From: Alphaproteobacteria bacterium
GTDB taxonomy: Bacteria > Pseudomonadota > Alphaproteobacteria > Rs-D84
Reading direction: 5' to 3'
Length of the DNA stretch: 64,000 bases
NCBI GenBank assembly: GCA_017528045.1
Contig: JAFXPG010000005.1
Location: 1,370 to 65,369 of the forward strand
In this document: positions 9,766 to 21,554 of the stretch, in pieces
Layout: each line of letters starts with the position of its first letter
Position numbering within the stretch: position 1 is the stretch's first letter
Notes under the pieces: generated by a model
What the model was told of the DNA's origin: nothing
What the model saw: the letters and a program-made list of their open reading frames with translations, nothing else
The model's database searches: none
Position numbers and translations under genes: made by a program

Positions 9766-10656
9766 ATGAGTAAGACATATTCAGGTTTTATTGCTATTAT
9801 TGGACCGACTAATGCCGGTAAATCTACACTTATTAACCAAATTATGGGGCGTAAGGTATCTATTGTTTCTCATAAAGTTCAAACAACCAGAACGCGTTTG
9901 CGTGCTATAAAAATGGTTGGGGATAGGCAATTGATTTTTGTTGATACACCTGGGGTATTTAAGCCGTCACGTCGTCTGGACAGGGCTATGGTTGGTGCTG
10001 CTATGTCTGCGCTGGATGATGCGGATGCTGTTTTGTTGGTAGTTGATGCTCAAAAAGGGATAACACAAACAATAACAGATTTAATTTTTAAAATAAAAGA
10101 CCATAAAAATTTATTTGTTGCACTTAATAAAGTTGATGCTGTTTCAAAATTAGATTTGTTACCAATAGTGGATCAGATTTCAAAAATGGCTGATTTCAAA
10201 GAAATATTTATGATATCGGCTTTGAAAAATGATGGAATTCAACAAATGTTAGTATCTTTAAGTGAAGTTATGCCACAATCGCCATATTTATTTGAAGCAA
10301 AAGATGATGTTGATGTTCCAGATATGTTATATTTATCAGAATTAACACGTGAAAAAGTTTATAAATATATTCATCAAGAATTACCATATCATATTAACGT
10401 AGTGACTGAAAAAGTTGAAACAGATGAAGAAGGGGTTTTGGAAATATACCAAAAGATAGTTGTTGCAAATGAAGCACATAAAAAAATAGTTGTTGGTCGT
10501 GGTGGTGAACAGTTAAAGAAAATTGGAACTGCTGCAAGACATGATATACAAGATCAATGGGGTGTAAATGCTAGGTTGCATTTATTCGTCCGTGTTGAAG
10601 AAAATTGGGAAAATGTTGCTGAAAATTATACTGACCAAGGATTAGAGTTTAAGTAA
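9766..10656 (+). CDS. era: GTPase Era
   Basis: GPTNAGKS, SHKVQTTR, DTPG, NKVD and a KH domain. Confidence 0.97.
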   Translation: MSKTYSGFIAIIGPTNAGKSTLINQIMGRKVSIVSHKVQTTRTRLRAIKMVGDRQLIFVDTPGVFKPSRRLDRAMVGAAMSALDDADAVLLVVDAQKGITQTITDLIFKIKDHKNLFVALNKVDAVSKLDLLPIVDQISKMADFKEIFMISALKNDGIQQMLVSLSEVMPQSPYLFEAKDDVDVPDMLYLSELTREKVYKYIHQELPYHINVVTEKVETDEEGVLEIYQKIVVANEAHKKIVVGRGGEQLKKIGTAARHDIQDQWGVNARLHLFVRVEENWENVAENYTDQGLEFK

Positions 10657-11676
10657 ATGTTACACACATCTGATTTTGATTTTGAATTACCGCCTGAATT
10701 GATTGCGTCGCATCCGTTGCATGAAAGGGATGCTTCGCGTATGTTGGTTGTTGATGGTAAAGAAATAGCTGATAAACATATTCGTGATTTTATATCGTTC
10801 TTGCAACCAGGTGATGTTGTTGTGTTTAATAATTCGCGTGTTATCCCGGCACGTTTTGAAGCGGACGGCCACGAAATAACCTTGCATACATCTGTGAACG
10901 ATAAAGATTGGTGGGGGCTTTGTAAAAAATTCAATAAAATCAATGTTGATGATACATTAACTATGATTGATGGCACAACATTAAATGTATTAGATAAAGA
11001 CGATGACAGTGGTTTGTTATTGCATTTTAATTGTGATAATGTTTTCGATTTATTGAATAAATACGGAAAAATGCCTTTACCGCCATATATGAAACGTGAA
11101 GAAGAAACCGAAGACCGCGAACGTTATCAAACCGTATATGCGCAACCTTTGGGATCTATGGCGGCACCAACGGCAGGCCTGCATTTTACCAATGAATTAC
11201 TTCAAGAAATAGAAAAAGCTGGTGCAAAAATTGTAAAAGTAACTTTACATGTCGGGGCAGGGACATGGATGCCTGTAAAAACAGAAAATTTATCTGAACA
11301 TAAAATGCACAGTGAATGGTGTTGCATTACACAAGAGCAGGCAGATATTATAAATAATGCAAAACGTATTATTGCTGTTGGGACAACTTCTATGCGAACA
11401 TTGGAAAGTGCATCAAAATTAGCTAAAGAAAATGGTTTTAATGGACGCGTTCATCCTATATGTCAAACAACAGATATTTTTATTACACCAGGATATAAAT
11501 TTGGTGCAGTTGATGTTTTGTTAACAAATTTTCATTTGCCAAAATCAACTTTGTTTATGTTGGTTTCAGCTTTTGCTGGATTGGAAGAAATGAAAAATGC
11601 TTATAAACATGCTGTTTCAGAACAATACAGATTTTTTAGTTATGGTGATTGTTGTTTATTATTCAAAAAGGATTAA
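10657..11676 (+). CDS. queA: S-adenosylmethionine:tRNA ribosyltransferase-isomerase
   Basis: PLPPY, YQTVYA, AAPTAGLHF, TNFHLP and YRFFSYGD motifs. Confidence 0.97.
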   Translation: MLHTSDFDFELPPELIASHPLHERDASRMLVVDGKEIADKHIRDFISFLQPGDVVVFNNSRVIPARFEADGHEITLHTSVNDKDWWGLCKKFNKINVDDTLTMIDGTTLNVLDKDDDSGLLLHFNCDNVFDLLNKYGKMPLPPYMKREEETEDRERYQTVYAQPLGSMAAPTAGLHFTNELLQEIEKAGAKIVKVTLHVGAGTWMPVKTENLSEHKMHSEWCCITQEQADIINNAKRIIAVGTTSMRTLESASKLAKENGFNGRVHPICQTTDIFITPGYKFGAVDVLLTNFHLPKSTLFMLVSAFAGLEEMKNAYKHAVSEQYRFFSYGDCCLLFKKD

Positions 11677-11681
11677 TAAAT

Positions 11682-12956
11682 ATGAATTTTGAACCAAAAC
11701 TTTATCGTCTTTCAAATGGAATCCCTGTTATATTAGATAATATGGATATAGAAACAGCAACTGTAAATGTTGCTTTTGATACAGGGGCACGTGATGAAAG
11801 ACCAAATGAATACGGAATAACACATTTTTGTGAACATGTTTTTTGTTTGGGTTCTAAACGTTTTTTTACAAAAAAAGAAAGAAGAGATTTTTTGGAGAAT
11901 CATGGTGGAATACGTAATGCTGCAACAGGTTTAACCAATATAACTTTTTCTGGACGAATAATAGCAGAAAATTTGAATGTTTTATTGAATGTGATAGCAG
12001 ATATGTTACATAATGCTTTATTTGATTGTGAACAAATAGATCTGGAACGTGGTGTTGTTATTGATGAATTACACAGAAATATGGATAAGCCTGGTCGTGA
12101 ATTTTATAATTTTATAATGAAAAATACGTATAATTCTTTTGTACCAAATGGTTTATTAGTTTTAGGAAACGAAGAAAATATAAAATCTTTTACACCAAAA
12201 CAATTAAAAGAATACATTTCAAATCATTTATCTGCAAGAAATTGTGTTATAGTCATATCTGGGCGAATTTTAGATACAGATGCGGTTATAAAACATTTAG
12301 ATAATTTGTTTTCTTTCTTGCCAAATAAAGAAGTAGTTAAAGATACTTCAAAAGTTTATACACCATTTATAGGCAATAATAAAGTTAACAGTAATAATGT
12401 AAAATTAAATATTTTATGGCCTGTATTATGCAAAGATACTTATGAAAATAGATATAAAAATAAGTGTATCAGTGTTTTTGATTCTTTTTTTCGTCGAGAA
12501 TTAATGGAAATTTTACGTAATCAAAATGGTTTGGTCTATGGGGTTGATAATTCTTCTTGTGGATATCCTCATGATGAGATTTTTGGAATAGGAACAGAAG
12601 TTTCTGTTGAAAATATTGAACGTCTTATGGCTTTGATTGCTAAAACAGCATACAGAATTTATAACGAAAATCCCATAACTCAACAAGAAATAGATAAAAT
12701 GTTTAATGTGGGTCGTTTAGGAGATGCAGATTTTCTGGAAAGTTCAACATACAGATGTGATCAATTAAGTTTCTTTTATCGTTTTTATGGTCGTGTATAT
12801 GATTTTAACGAAAATATAAAGCAGAAAAAAGCGGTAAATTCAGAAGATGTTATAAAATATACCCGTGGATATTTTGATGGCGATATGTCAATAATTACCC
12901 AAGGTTCAGATTTTAATTGTGATTTAAAACAAATATGGCAAGATAATTTTAAATAA
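11682..12956 (+). CDS. M16 (insulinase/pitrilysin) family zinc peptidase
   Basis: L.NG start, G..HFCEH inverted zincin motif, NAATG, ERGVVIDE. Confidence 0.9.
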   Translation: MNFEPKLYRLSNGIPVILDNMDIETATVNVAFDTGARDERPNEYGITHFCEHVFCLGSKRFFTKKERRDFLENHGGIRNAATGLTNITFSGRIIAENLNVLLNVIADMLHNALFDCEQIDLERGVVIDELHRNMDKPGREFYNFIMKNTYNSFVPNGLLVLGNEENIKSFTPKQLKEYISNHLSARNCVIVISGRILDTDAVIKHLDNLFSFLPNKEVVKDTSKVYTPFIGNNKVNSNNVKLNILWPVLCKDTYENRYKNKCISVFDSFFRRELMEILRNQNGLVYGVDNSSCGYPHDEIFGIGTEVSVENIERLMALIAKTAYRIYNENPITQQEIDKMFNVGRLGDADFLESSTYRCDQLSFFYRFYGRVYDFNENIKQKKAVNSEDVIKYTRGYFDGDMSIITQGSDFNCDLKQIWQDNFK

Positions 12957-12963
12957 GGAATAA

Positions 12964-14085
<1,122 letters not shown>

Positions 14086-14086
14086 T

Positions 14087-14392
14087 ATGAGAATAAATGT
14101 TTCCCCAAGAAAATGTTACACAGAATATGAAACAGAAAAAATCAATGATAATCAATACAAAATAACAGCAGTTTATTTTATGTATTCAGGAAACGTTTTG
14201 AATGATATATATGCTAAGCGTATAAAGACATTCAATTGTGATGTTTCTAAATTGCAAAGACACAAAGTTTTATTACACAACAATATTGTAAGGACATATA
14301 GTATGTTATATGCAGAATTAAAAAGAATAGGTTCTTCTAAAATTGCTGCAGAAGTAGAAGTTGAAAAAAGGATGAGATCTATTCTACGTTAA
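14087..14392 (+). CDS. hypothetical protein
   Basis: ATG immediately after the tgt stop, with SD AAGGTG. Confidence 0.55.
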   Translation: MRINVSPRKCYTEYETEKINDNQYKITAVYFMYSGNVLNDIYAKRIKTFNCDVSKLQRHKVLLHNNIVRTYSMLYAELKRIGSSKIAAEVEVEKRMRSILR

Positions 14393-14475
14393 AGGAATAA
14401 TTACAAGTAAAAAATATAAATAAAATTACTTGAAAAAGTAAAAGTATTTTTAATTCCCGTGGAAAGGATATTTTA

Positions 14476-14862
14476 ATGTTGAATAAACAAATTATACAGA
14501 AACCAAATAAAGCAAAATATTTTTATGCTGTTTTATCTGCTTTTATAACATATATTTTTTCTTGTTTATTGTTTTCTTATATTTATCAAATCTTTGATTT
14601 TGACATAAATGCAGGTATAGCATGTTTAATGTGTTATGGATGTTCGTGTCCATCTGGAATTATATGGTTTGTTAGTTGGCCTGCTTTTATATTAAGTTCT
14701 TTGGTTTTTTCTTTAATGTTTCCAAAACGAAATAAATATTATAAATTGGTGATTTGGGGTATTTTTTGTGTTATAATAATATGCTGTATATTTTATACAA
14801 TAGAACATATAAATTTGATAAAAAATATTATTAAAGCAAATATTGAATACAGGAGAATGTAA
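14476..14862 (+). CDS. 3-TM membrane hypothetical protein
   Basis: Hydrophobic segments; SD AAAGGA. Confidence 0.6.
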   Translation: MLNKQIIQKPNKAKYFYAVLSAFITYIFSCLLFSYIYQIFDFDINAGIACLMCYGCSCPSGIIWFVSWPAFILSSLVFSLMFPKRNKYYKLVIWGIFCVIIICCIFYTIEHINLIKNIIKANIEYRRM

Positions 14863-14864
14863 AA

Positions 14865-15851
14865 ATGCCAAAGAAAAAAGAAATAGAAGTTATTGATATG
14901 GGTGGCAAAAAAACTGTCGCTAAGAAAGCATCTCTTATTACAACAACAAAAAGAACGTTTGCAATTATTACTGTTGTGTGGTTGGTATTTGTTGCATGGT
15001 TTCCTTTGTATGTAAAGAATACTTATTCTAGTCCAATCAAAAAATCTATGGTTGTGTCAATGTTTTTTGATGTACAAAGAAATATACAAAAACAATATGA
15101 AAGCTTGTTGGCTGGTATTAAAAAATCTATTAATTTAGAAAAACCAATAGGTATTGCCATTGATAAAGTAAAAATTGTAGAAGGCGGTGTTAATAAAGTA
15201 ACAGATACGACAGCAAAAGTAAAACAACAAACAAATAAAGTTAAACAAGAAACAGGAAAAGTTTCTGCTTTGACTGGTTTGGCAAATAAGTTTGGTGTAA
15301 AAACTGATGGTATTGATAAAGCTGTTAAAGAAACTAATAAAGCTGTTGCAACTGCTGATAAAAATATCAACAAAGTTGATGCTGTAGCTGAACAGGTTAA
15401 TAAAAAATTAGATTCTGTAAAAACTGAATTAGTAAAAGTTTCTCAAACAGAAGTTGATAAAATGATTGATGAAGCAATCAAACATCAATTAGATAAGAAT
15501 TCTGGTGGTTTGGGAACAACTTTATTAACCAATTATGGTATAAAACATGTATATCCTTGGCGTCCATCATCTTGGCCTGTTGCGGTAAAAATATACAACG
15601 ATCTAGAAAAATCTAATCTTGGTGTTGTTCAGATATTAACTAATACTGTAAATAAATATTTTAATTATGTAGCATGGGGATTGGTAATTGCAGCTTGGGC
15701 AATAGGTTTTGTAATATGGTTGATGGTTGCAAAAAGGGTAAAATTATTCTTGAAACCGTTCATAGTTTGTCCAAGATGTGGACATACTTTTGGTGATAAA
15801 CGTACGGCGTTGGGGATTATAAAAGCGTTTCAGCCGTGGAAATGGTTTTAG
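14865..15851 (+). CDS. 2-TM coiled-coil hypothetical protein
   Basis: TM, K/V/T-rich helical repeats, TM, then CPRCG; terminator at 15861-15889. Confidence 0.8.
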   Translation: MPKKKEIEVIDMGGKKTVAKKASLITTTKRTFAIITVVWLVFVAWFPLYVKNTYSSPIKKSMVVSMFFDVQRNIQKQYESLLAGIKKSINLEKPIGIAIDKVKIVEGGVNKVTDTTAKVKQQTNKVKQETGKVSALTGLANKFGVKTDGIDKAVKETNKAVATADKNINKVDAVAEQVNKKLDSVKTELVKVSQTEVDKMIDEAIKHQLDKNSGGLGTTLLTNYGIKHVYPWRPSSWPVAVKIYNDLEKSNLGVVQILTNTVNKYFNYVAWGLVIAAWAIGFVIWLMVAKRVKLFLKPFIVCPRCGHTFGDKRTALGIIKAFQPWKWF

Positions 15852-15965
15852 TTTTTTATAGCCGCCCAAAATCTGGGCGGTATTTTTTTGTGTTTTTAAA
15901 AGTTGACAATTAGTGTTTTTGTGTTAAAATATTTTTCGTCCAATATAAATAGGTGTTTTTGAAAA

Positions 15966-16343
15966 ATGCGTGATAAATATAATGCTTTTGCTAATAAAGT
16001 TTTGTTTTGGCCATTGTTGGCTAGTGGTAATAATAGTCTTGGTATATCACAAGATAAGTTTATAGAAACAATTTATAAAGAAGCATTTAATTTGTTATAT
16101 TATTCGTCAATAAATAAACATTTTTCAACTTTTAATATGGTCTGTATAAGATTAAAAGAAATACGTTTTTATGAAAGTATCAAAATAAAATCACCAGATA
16201 TGTATAAAAATATGTTGAAAACAAAAGATGTTTTTTACAAAGATATTGAAAAAAGACGTAAAGAAAACAAAGATTTTAATGAATGTTGGAATGTTTATAT
16301 GTTGGGTTTTGAATCTGCATATAAAAAAAGCTTGCAAAGATAA
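15966..16343 (+). CDS. hypothetical protein
   Basis: 125-aa ORF with an upstream TTGACA...TAAAAT promoter. Confidence 0.6.
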   Translation: MRDKYNAFANKVLFWPLLASGNNSLGISQDKFIETIYKEAFNLLYYSSINKHFSTFNMVCIRLKEIRFYESIKIKSPDMYKNMLKTKDVFYKDIEKRRKENKDFNECWNVYMLGFESAYKKSLQR

Positions 16344-16372
16344 AAAAAGTATGTAAGAATAGATCCTGCAAT

Positions 16373-16449
16373 GCGAGCGTAGCTCAGTTGGCTAGAGCGC
16401 AACCTTGCCAAGGTTGAGGTCGAGGGTTCGAGCCCCTTTGCTCGCACCA
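16373..16449 (+). tRNA. tRNA-Gly (GCC)
   Basis: GCGAGCG acceptor stem, CAACC-TTGCCAA-GGTTG anticodon arm, GGTTCGAG T arm, encoded CCA; terminator ACACCC-GAAA-GGGTGT follows. Confidence 0.97.
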
Positions 16450-16592
16450 AAGTTTTAACACCCGAAAGGGTGTTTTTTATTTGAGTAAATAAGTGGGTAG
16501 ATAATAGGTATAAAATAAATATTGACAAATAGTATTTTTTGTGCAATATTATGTTTTGGAAATTAAGTTTTTATAGAGGGTGGGTTTTTAAA

Positions 16593-17885
16593 ATGAAAAA
16601 TAAAGATTTTAAAACTTTTTTTATGTGTATATCTGCTTTGATGGGCAGTGCATTGATCTCTTGTGGGCGCGTTAGTACTTTGACGTCTACTGAAAAAGAT
16701 GATCACACAAAGTTGCCAAAACAAGAACAAAAATATGATTTAGAACAAAATCAAAGAATCTGCCAAAAGTATGAAAAAATGTATGCAGATTCTATTCGTT
16801 TTGCAAATGGTTATGACAGTATTTGTAACAAAAGTAATATGTTATGGGAAAAAACGGCAGAGCTTGAATCTCGTGCAGATTCTTTGGCTATGGAAAATTC
16901 TTTAGGGGCTGTAATGCAAAGAGAAGTTGAAGGTGCTGCTAATAAAATTCTTAAAGTTTTTTTAAATAATGTTTCTGATATTTTAAAAACATATCAAATA
17001 TCTTTAAAGGATTATATAACAGAAGACAATGATTTTTTATGGCGTTTTAATACTAATACACAAGAAGATAATTATGATGCTATGGATTATGTTTTAAAAC
17101 AACCATTAATTTATTTTGGTGTTAATACGTGTGGTTTTTCTGATATATCTGGTAAGGAATTTGACGAATTTATGGTTGTTATCAATCAAATTATTAATGA
17201 ATCAAATTATGCTAAAACACATAAAAAAGAAATTATTAATAAAATCAATGTGTTGATTAAAAAAACAACCCAAAAATTGATTGCAAGCAGAAAATCAATA
17301 GAACGTAAATATTCTGATTATTATGTAGTAATTGACGGACAAGATGCTGCTTTTATATCTTATGGAGCAGATGATTGGAATTATGGTTATACAGATACAG
17401 AATATCCAGAAAGACAGGCTGTAATAAAAGTTACAACTTTAAGTGTATATGGAAAGAATTTGCCTGTAGAATTTTTTGGTGATAAAAAAGCAAAATATGA
17501 ATTAGTTCGTTTAGAAAATAACAGATGGCAAGTGAAAAAGACTTCACGTAGAGGCATAATTGAAAATACCGATGTATTTACAGATAAAGGCGAAACATCT
17601 ATTCAAGAATATTATGCAGGATTCAATACTCGCAATTATTCTGAATTTCGTTTTGACCCGGGACATGATTGTGGTGTGCATATTGAAGTAGAAGATGGTG
17701 TGGTTGTAAAAAAAGCAAAACATCAATGGTGGCCATCAAGAAATATTATAAATCAAATTGATTCATTAGAAGATGAATCTAGAAAATATGCAAGTCAAGC
17801 AGCAAAATTAGAAGAGCAAAAGAAAATAATAAATCAATATGCTGATTCTGTTGCACGTGTAATGGTTAATCAACGTTGTAAATAA
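16593..17885 (+). CDS. hypothetical lipoprotein
   Basis: Lipobox-like LISC after a hydrophobic stretch; long ORF. Confidence 0.7.
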   Translation: MKNKDFKTFFMCISALMGSALISCGRVSTLTSTEKDDHTKLPKQEQKYDLEQNQRICQKYEKMYADSIRFANGYDSICNKSNMLWEKTAELESRADSLAMENSLGAVMQREVEGAANKILKVFLNNVSDILKTYQISLKDYITEDNDFLWRFNTNTQEDNYDAMDYVLKQPLIYFGVNTCGFSDISGKEFDEFMVVINQIINESNYAKTHKKEIINKINVLIKKTTQKLIASRKSIERKYSDYYVVIDGQDAAFISYGADDWNYGYTDTEYPERQAVIKVTTLSVYGKNLPVEFFGDKKAKYELVRLENNRWQVKKTSRRGIIENTDVFTDKGETSIQEYYAGFNTRNYSEFRFDPGHDCGVHIEVEDGVVVKKAKHQWWPSRNIINQIDSLEDESRKYASQAAKLEEQKKIINQYADSVARVMVNQRCK

Positions 17886-17895
17886 TTATTTAAAC

Positions 17896-17921
17896 AAAAA
17901 CCGCCATTAATGGCGGTTTTT
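17896..17921. terminator. bidirectional terminator
   Basis: AAAACCGCCA-TTAA-TGGCGGTTTT between convergent genes; identical core at 32999-33022. Confidence 0.8.
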
Positions 17922-17926
17922 ATAAT

Positions 17927-18199
17927 TTATTTATGTTTGAAACGTGATTTTATAATCATAAATAATATTATTGAACTGAACAATAATGTTATTGTATCAG
18001 ATATAATCATTTGTAATGATTGTAAATAAATCCCGTACAATATCCAAAACACTAATCCTGAACAATATATAATATACATTGTTAAAGAAAGTCCAGATAC
18101 ATTTTTTGTGATAATAGATTTTATTGCTTGTGGTAAAAATGCCAAAGTTGTACAAGTACAACAAATAATACCTATTATTTCACCTATCATACTGTTCAT
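17927..18199 (-). CDS. SemiSWEET / PQ-loop transporter
   Basis: TTLAFLPQ PQ-loop, S..M, W..YG, 3 TM. Confidence 0.9.
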   Translation of the reverse strand: MNSMIGEIIGIICCTCTTLAFLPQAIKSIITKNVSGLSLTMYIIYCSGLVFWILYGIYLQSLQMIISDTITLLFSSIILFMIIKSRFKHK

Positions 18200-18210
18200 A
18201 TTATAAACCT

Positions 18211-19290
18211 TTATTCTGTTGCAAAATTATCAAAATAACCTTGAATGTAAACAATTGGAGTACCTTTGTCTCCACTTCCACTGACTAAATCGCAAAGGCT
18301 GCCCAATAAATCTGTTATACGACGGGGTGTTGTCCCTTGTGTAACCATCTGACCTTTCAAAGCAGAATCTTTTTCTTTAATATCATTTTTTATAGCTTCT
18401 TGTAATTCAGTACCAGATAAATTATTAAATTTATTATCTGCCAAGTATTTTAATTTTAATTCATTTGGTGTTCCTTTTAATCCATCTGTAAAAGCAGGGC
18501 TGACCACAGGATCTGCGAATTCCCAAATTCCACCAACAGGATCTTTGAAGCAACCATCGCCATAAACCATGACTTCAACGTGTTTACCTGTTTTTTTGAA
18601 AATATTTTCTTGAATAGTATTTATTATTGGCATGCAGTATTCGCGTGTTGGAAATAATTTTACTTTTTCTTCGGTTGCTTTATTAGAACCTAATAAACCG
18701 TATTCGCTTTTATTATGTAAAATATCTGTTAAATCAATGACATTATCAGATATTTGCTGTAATTTTGGTTTTGTTTCATCTTTAGTATGAATATCGGCAG
18801 CAATAAAAGCATCAATATTTTTATCTTTTAAAATGTTTGTATCATTGCTGATATATATTTCGGCAATTTTTCCTTCTTCTTCTATAATACTTTTATAATA
18901 TTCATCATAATTCATGCCAGTAAAAGGGTGGTTTTTACAAACATTACCGACTTCGTCTGTTGGTTCTGATAATAATACGGTTATTTTATCTGCACTGCGT
19001 GCTATACCACGTAATAAAATTGCGAATCTATTACGACTGAATATAGGAAAAACAACAGCTATAGATTTAGCGTTTTTAGTTAATTCTTGTATACTGGTTG
19101 CAATTTCATCTACGGTTGCATAATTGCCTTGTGTACGACCCATGACAGCTTCTGTAATCGCAACAATGTCACGATCTTTGATTTGAATGCCAGAATTTAA
19201 TACTAAATCAGTGACAATATTTGCTACATCATCACCAGTTTTGAAAATAGGTGCACGCAATCCGAATGCTGCTGTTCCGATGGTTCTCAT
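18211..19290 (-). CDS. coenzyme F420-0:L-glutamate ligase (CofE)-like protein
   Basis: GLRAPI..GDD, ITEA, YGDG.FKDP, GSLCDL.SGSGDKGTP.V.IQGY. Confidence 0.85.
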   Translation of the reverse strand: MRTIGTAAFGLRAPIFKTGDDVANIVTDLVLNSGIQIKDRDIVAITEAVMGRTQGNYATVDEIATSIQELTKNAKSIAVVFPIFSRNRFAILLRGIARSADKITVLLSEPTDEVGNVCKNHPFTGMNYDEYYKSIIEEEGKIAEIYISNDTNILKDKNIDAFIAADIHTKDETKPKLQQISDNVIDLTDILHNKSEYGLLGSNKATEEKVKLFPTREYCMPIINTIQENIFKKTGKHVEVMVYGDGCFKDPVGGIWEFADPVVSPAFTDGLKGTPNELKLKYLADNKFNNLSGTELQEAIKNDIKEKDSALKGQMVTQGTTPRRITDLLGSLCDLVSGSGDKGTPIVYIQGYFDNFATE

Positions 19291-19419
19291 TTCTTTCCCT
19301 TTTGTTTTAATGGTTTTTGATATAGGAATTTAATAAAATTTGCACAAAATTTTCAAGATATTTATTGTGTTGAAATTATATTTTATATTTGTCTATAATT
19401 CTTCCGGAAAGGAGCAAAC

Positions 19420-20529
19420 ATGACCCAATTATTATCAGAAACTTATTTAGATTATTCAGATATTTTAATTAAACCAAAAATGGGAATAAATCTGAATTCC
19501 AGAAAAGAAGTTGTTTTAGAAAGAGTTTTTAAGTTTAAACATGGTCAAACAAGAACAGGTTTGGGTGTTTTTAATGCTAATATGTCAACAGTTGGTAATT
19601 TTGCAGTTGCTAAAAAATTATTAGCCAAAGGTATGTTTGCTACAATTCATAAACATTATTCTGTAAATGAAATTGGTAATTTTTTAAATCAATGTAAATC
19701 AGAAAATGTTTCTGTAGAAAATTTGTTTATAACGATTGGTTTAAGAAATTTTGAAGAACAAATACAAAAATTAAAAGATTTAGAATCTAAATATAATTGG
19801 AATAGTTCTCAAAATATTTGTATAGATGCACCGAATTTTTATATACCTAAGGCTTTAGATGTATTAGTAAAAGTTCGTCATGAATTTCCAGATTCTGTTA
19901 TTATGGTTGGAAATATTGCCAGTGGAGATATTTGTTTAAAATTGCTAGATTATGCAGATATTATAAAATGTGGCATAGGCAGCGGTTCTGCATGTTTAAC
20001 CAGAAAACAAACCGGATGTGGAACACCAATGGTAACTTTGATATTAGAATGTGCAGATATAGCTCATTCTGTAAACGGTCATATTTGTGCAGATGGGGGT
20101 ATTGTTGATATTGGGGATATTTGTAAGGCTTTCTGTTTAAACGCAGATTTTGTTATGGCTGGTGGGATGTTTGCTGGAACAGATGAAGCAGATGGCGAAA
20201 TTGTAGAAAAACAATATCAAACAAATGAATTAATTGATGGAAGAGCCGTTGTTCAAATAAAACGTTTTAAACAATATTATGGTATGTCTTCTGAATATGC
20301 TAATAACAAGTTTGCTGGGGGTATGTGTAATTATAAGACTTCAGAAGGTCGTGAATTGCAAATACCTTATACCGGTTCTTTGGATAAAGTATTGCAAGAT
20401 ATAAATGGTGGAATTGCTTCTTGTTGTACATATATTGGTGCATCTTCTGTAAAACATATGGCCAAATGTGCTACTTTAATTCAAGTACACAATCAATTAA
20501 ACAAGGTTTTTGAAAAATATTCTGTGTAA
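19420..20529 (+). CDS. guaC: GMP reductase
   Basis: LDYSDILIKP, ANM.TVG, GIGSGSACLTR, ADGG, YGMSS and SEG motifs. Confidence 0.9.
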   Translation: MTQLLSETYLDYSDILIKPKMGINLNSRKEVVLERVFKFKHGQTRTGLGVFNANMSTVGNFAVAKKLLAKGMFATIHKHYSVNEIGNFLNQCKSENVSVENLFITIGLRNFEEQIQKLKDLESKYNWNSSQNICIDAPNFYIPKALDVLVKVRHEFPDSVIMVGNIASGDICLKLLDYADIIKCGIGSGSACLTRKQTGCGTPMVTLILECADIAHSVNGHICADGGIVDIGDICKAFCLNADFVMAGGMFAGTDEADGEIVEKQYQTNELIDGRAVVQIKRFKQYYGMSSEYANNKFAGGMCNYKTSEGRELQIPYTGSLDKVLQDINGGIASCCTYIGASSVKHMAKCATLIQVHNQLNKVFEKYSV

Positions 20530-20557
20530 TATATAAATAATAAAGGTTTTATTTAAT

Positions 20558-21376
20558 ATGCGTAAAGTATCAAGTTTTGATCAGGCATCTCAAAGAACTC
20601 GGTCTGGTTTTATTAACGTTTCCAAAAGCGAAATTATGATGGCTATACAAAAATGGGAACAAAACCATGTTGATAAATCAAATATAGATTTATTGGATAG
20701 AGAATCTTGTTCTTTGCGCAGATTATTAAGTTCTTACATATCAGAAGATATGATAAATTCCGTAGCACAAAGATATAATGTTTTATACATAAATGCTGTA
20801 AAAGAATATATGAACAAAAATGGTCTGAAATCTGTTGAAGATCTGTTAGCTTTTTTTGGCGACAAGTCATATGGAGCAGAATTTTTTCCAGATTTTATTT
20901 CTTTTATATCAAATTATATTATGGGTGCCGTTTCTATAGCACAAAGACCAAAAATACAATTTGTTAAATCTGGTGAAAAATTTATAAAATATGTAAAAAA
21001 CCCATATAACGAAGATTTAAGTTATTTAGATGATGATAAAATGATAGCTTTTTATGATCGTGATGAAAATACAATATTTTTCAAGGAAGATAAATTAACA
21101 AATTTTGATAATTTTATGACCCAGTTATCACATGAAATATCACATGCAATAGATAATTTGGACATTTCAAAAGGTGTTTTTCAAGATACTGTTGTTTATA
21201 ATTGTTGCAGAAAGTTGTATGTTACAAATTCTTCTGAAAATAAATTTAATGCCGAAGAAAAATCTGCAACCAGAATAGGTATTGTTATAGGTAAAAATTT
21301 TACTAAACGTTTATCTGAATCTTTACACCAAGAAAATATAAATAAATATATTGTGTCAAATCAGCCGGTTCGATAA
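20558..21376 (+). CDS. hypothetical zincin-like metalloprotein
   Basis: AFYD...NTI, then HEISH and a downstream EE..A. Confidence 0.65.
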   Translation: MRKVSSFDQASQRTRSGFINVSKSEIMMAIQKWEQNHVDKSNIDLLDRESCSLRRLLSSYISEDMINSVAQRYNVLYINAVKEYMNKNGLKSVEDLLAFFGDKSYGAEFFPDFISFISNYIMGAVSIAQRPKIQFVKSGEKFIKYVKNPYNEDLSYLDDDKMIAFYDRDENTIFFKEDKLTNFDNFMTQLSHEISHAIDNLDISKGVFQDTVVYNCCRKLYVTNSSENKFNAEEKSATRIGIVIGKNFTKRLSESLHQENINKYIVSNQPVR

Positions 21377-21446
21377 TTTTATTATTTTCTAGTTGAAAAA
21401 TAACAAGAATCATGTTATAAATTTATGCATTGAAGTGGTTAAAACA

Positions 21447-21533
21447 ATGAAATTAAATATAAAACGTTTTTTTAATTAAAAGTGCGACCATCCAAAAGTT
21501 TGTGACGGGCGCACTTTGATGCACCCGTTTTTT
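21447..21533 (+). promoter_or_regulatory. leader peptide and attenuator upstream of lysS
   Basis: ORF MKLNIKRFFN* (21447-21479), then overlapping alternative hairpins, the second with a T tract. Confidence 0.55.
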
Positions 21534-21554
21534 AATGTAAAAAAGGAAAAAATT

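Noticed and set aside
16295-16546. Minus-strand 83-aa ORF
   Set aside because: Antisense to tRNA-Gly.
21421-21540. T-box riboswitch upstream of lysS
   Set aside because: No GGTGGNACC T-box sequence or Stem I; the region is too short.
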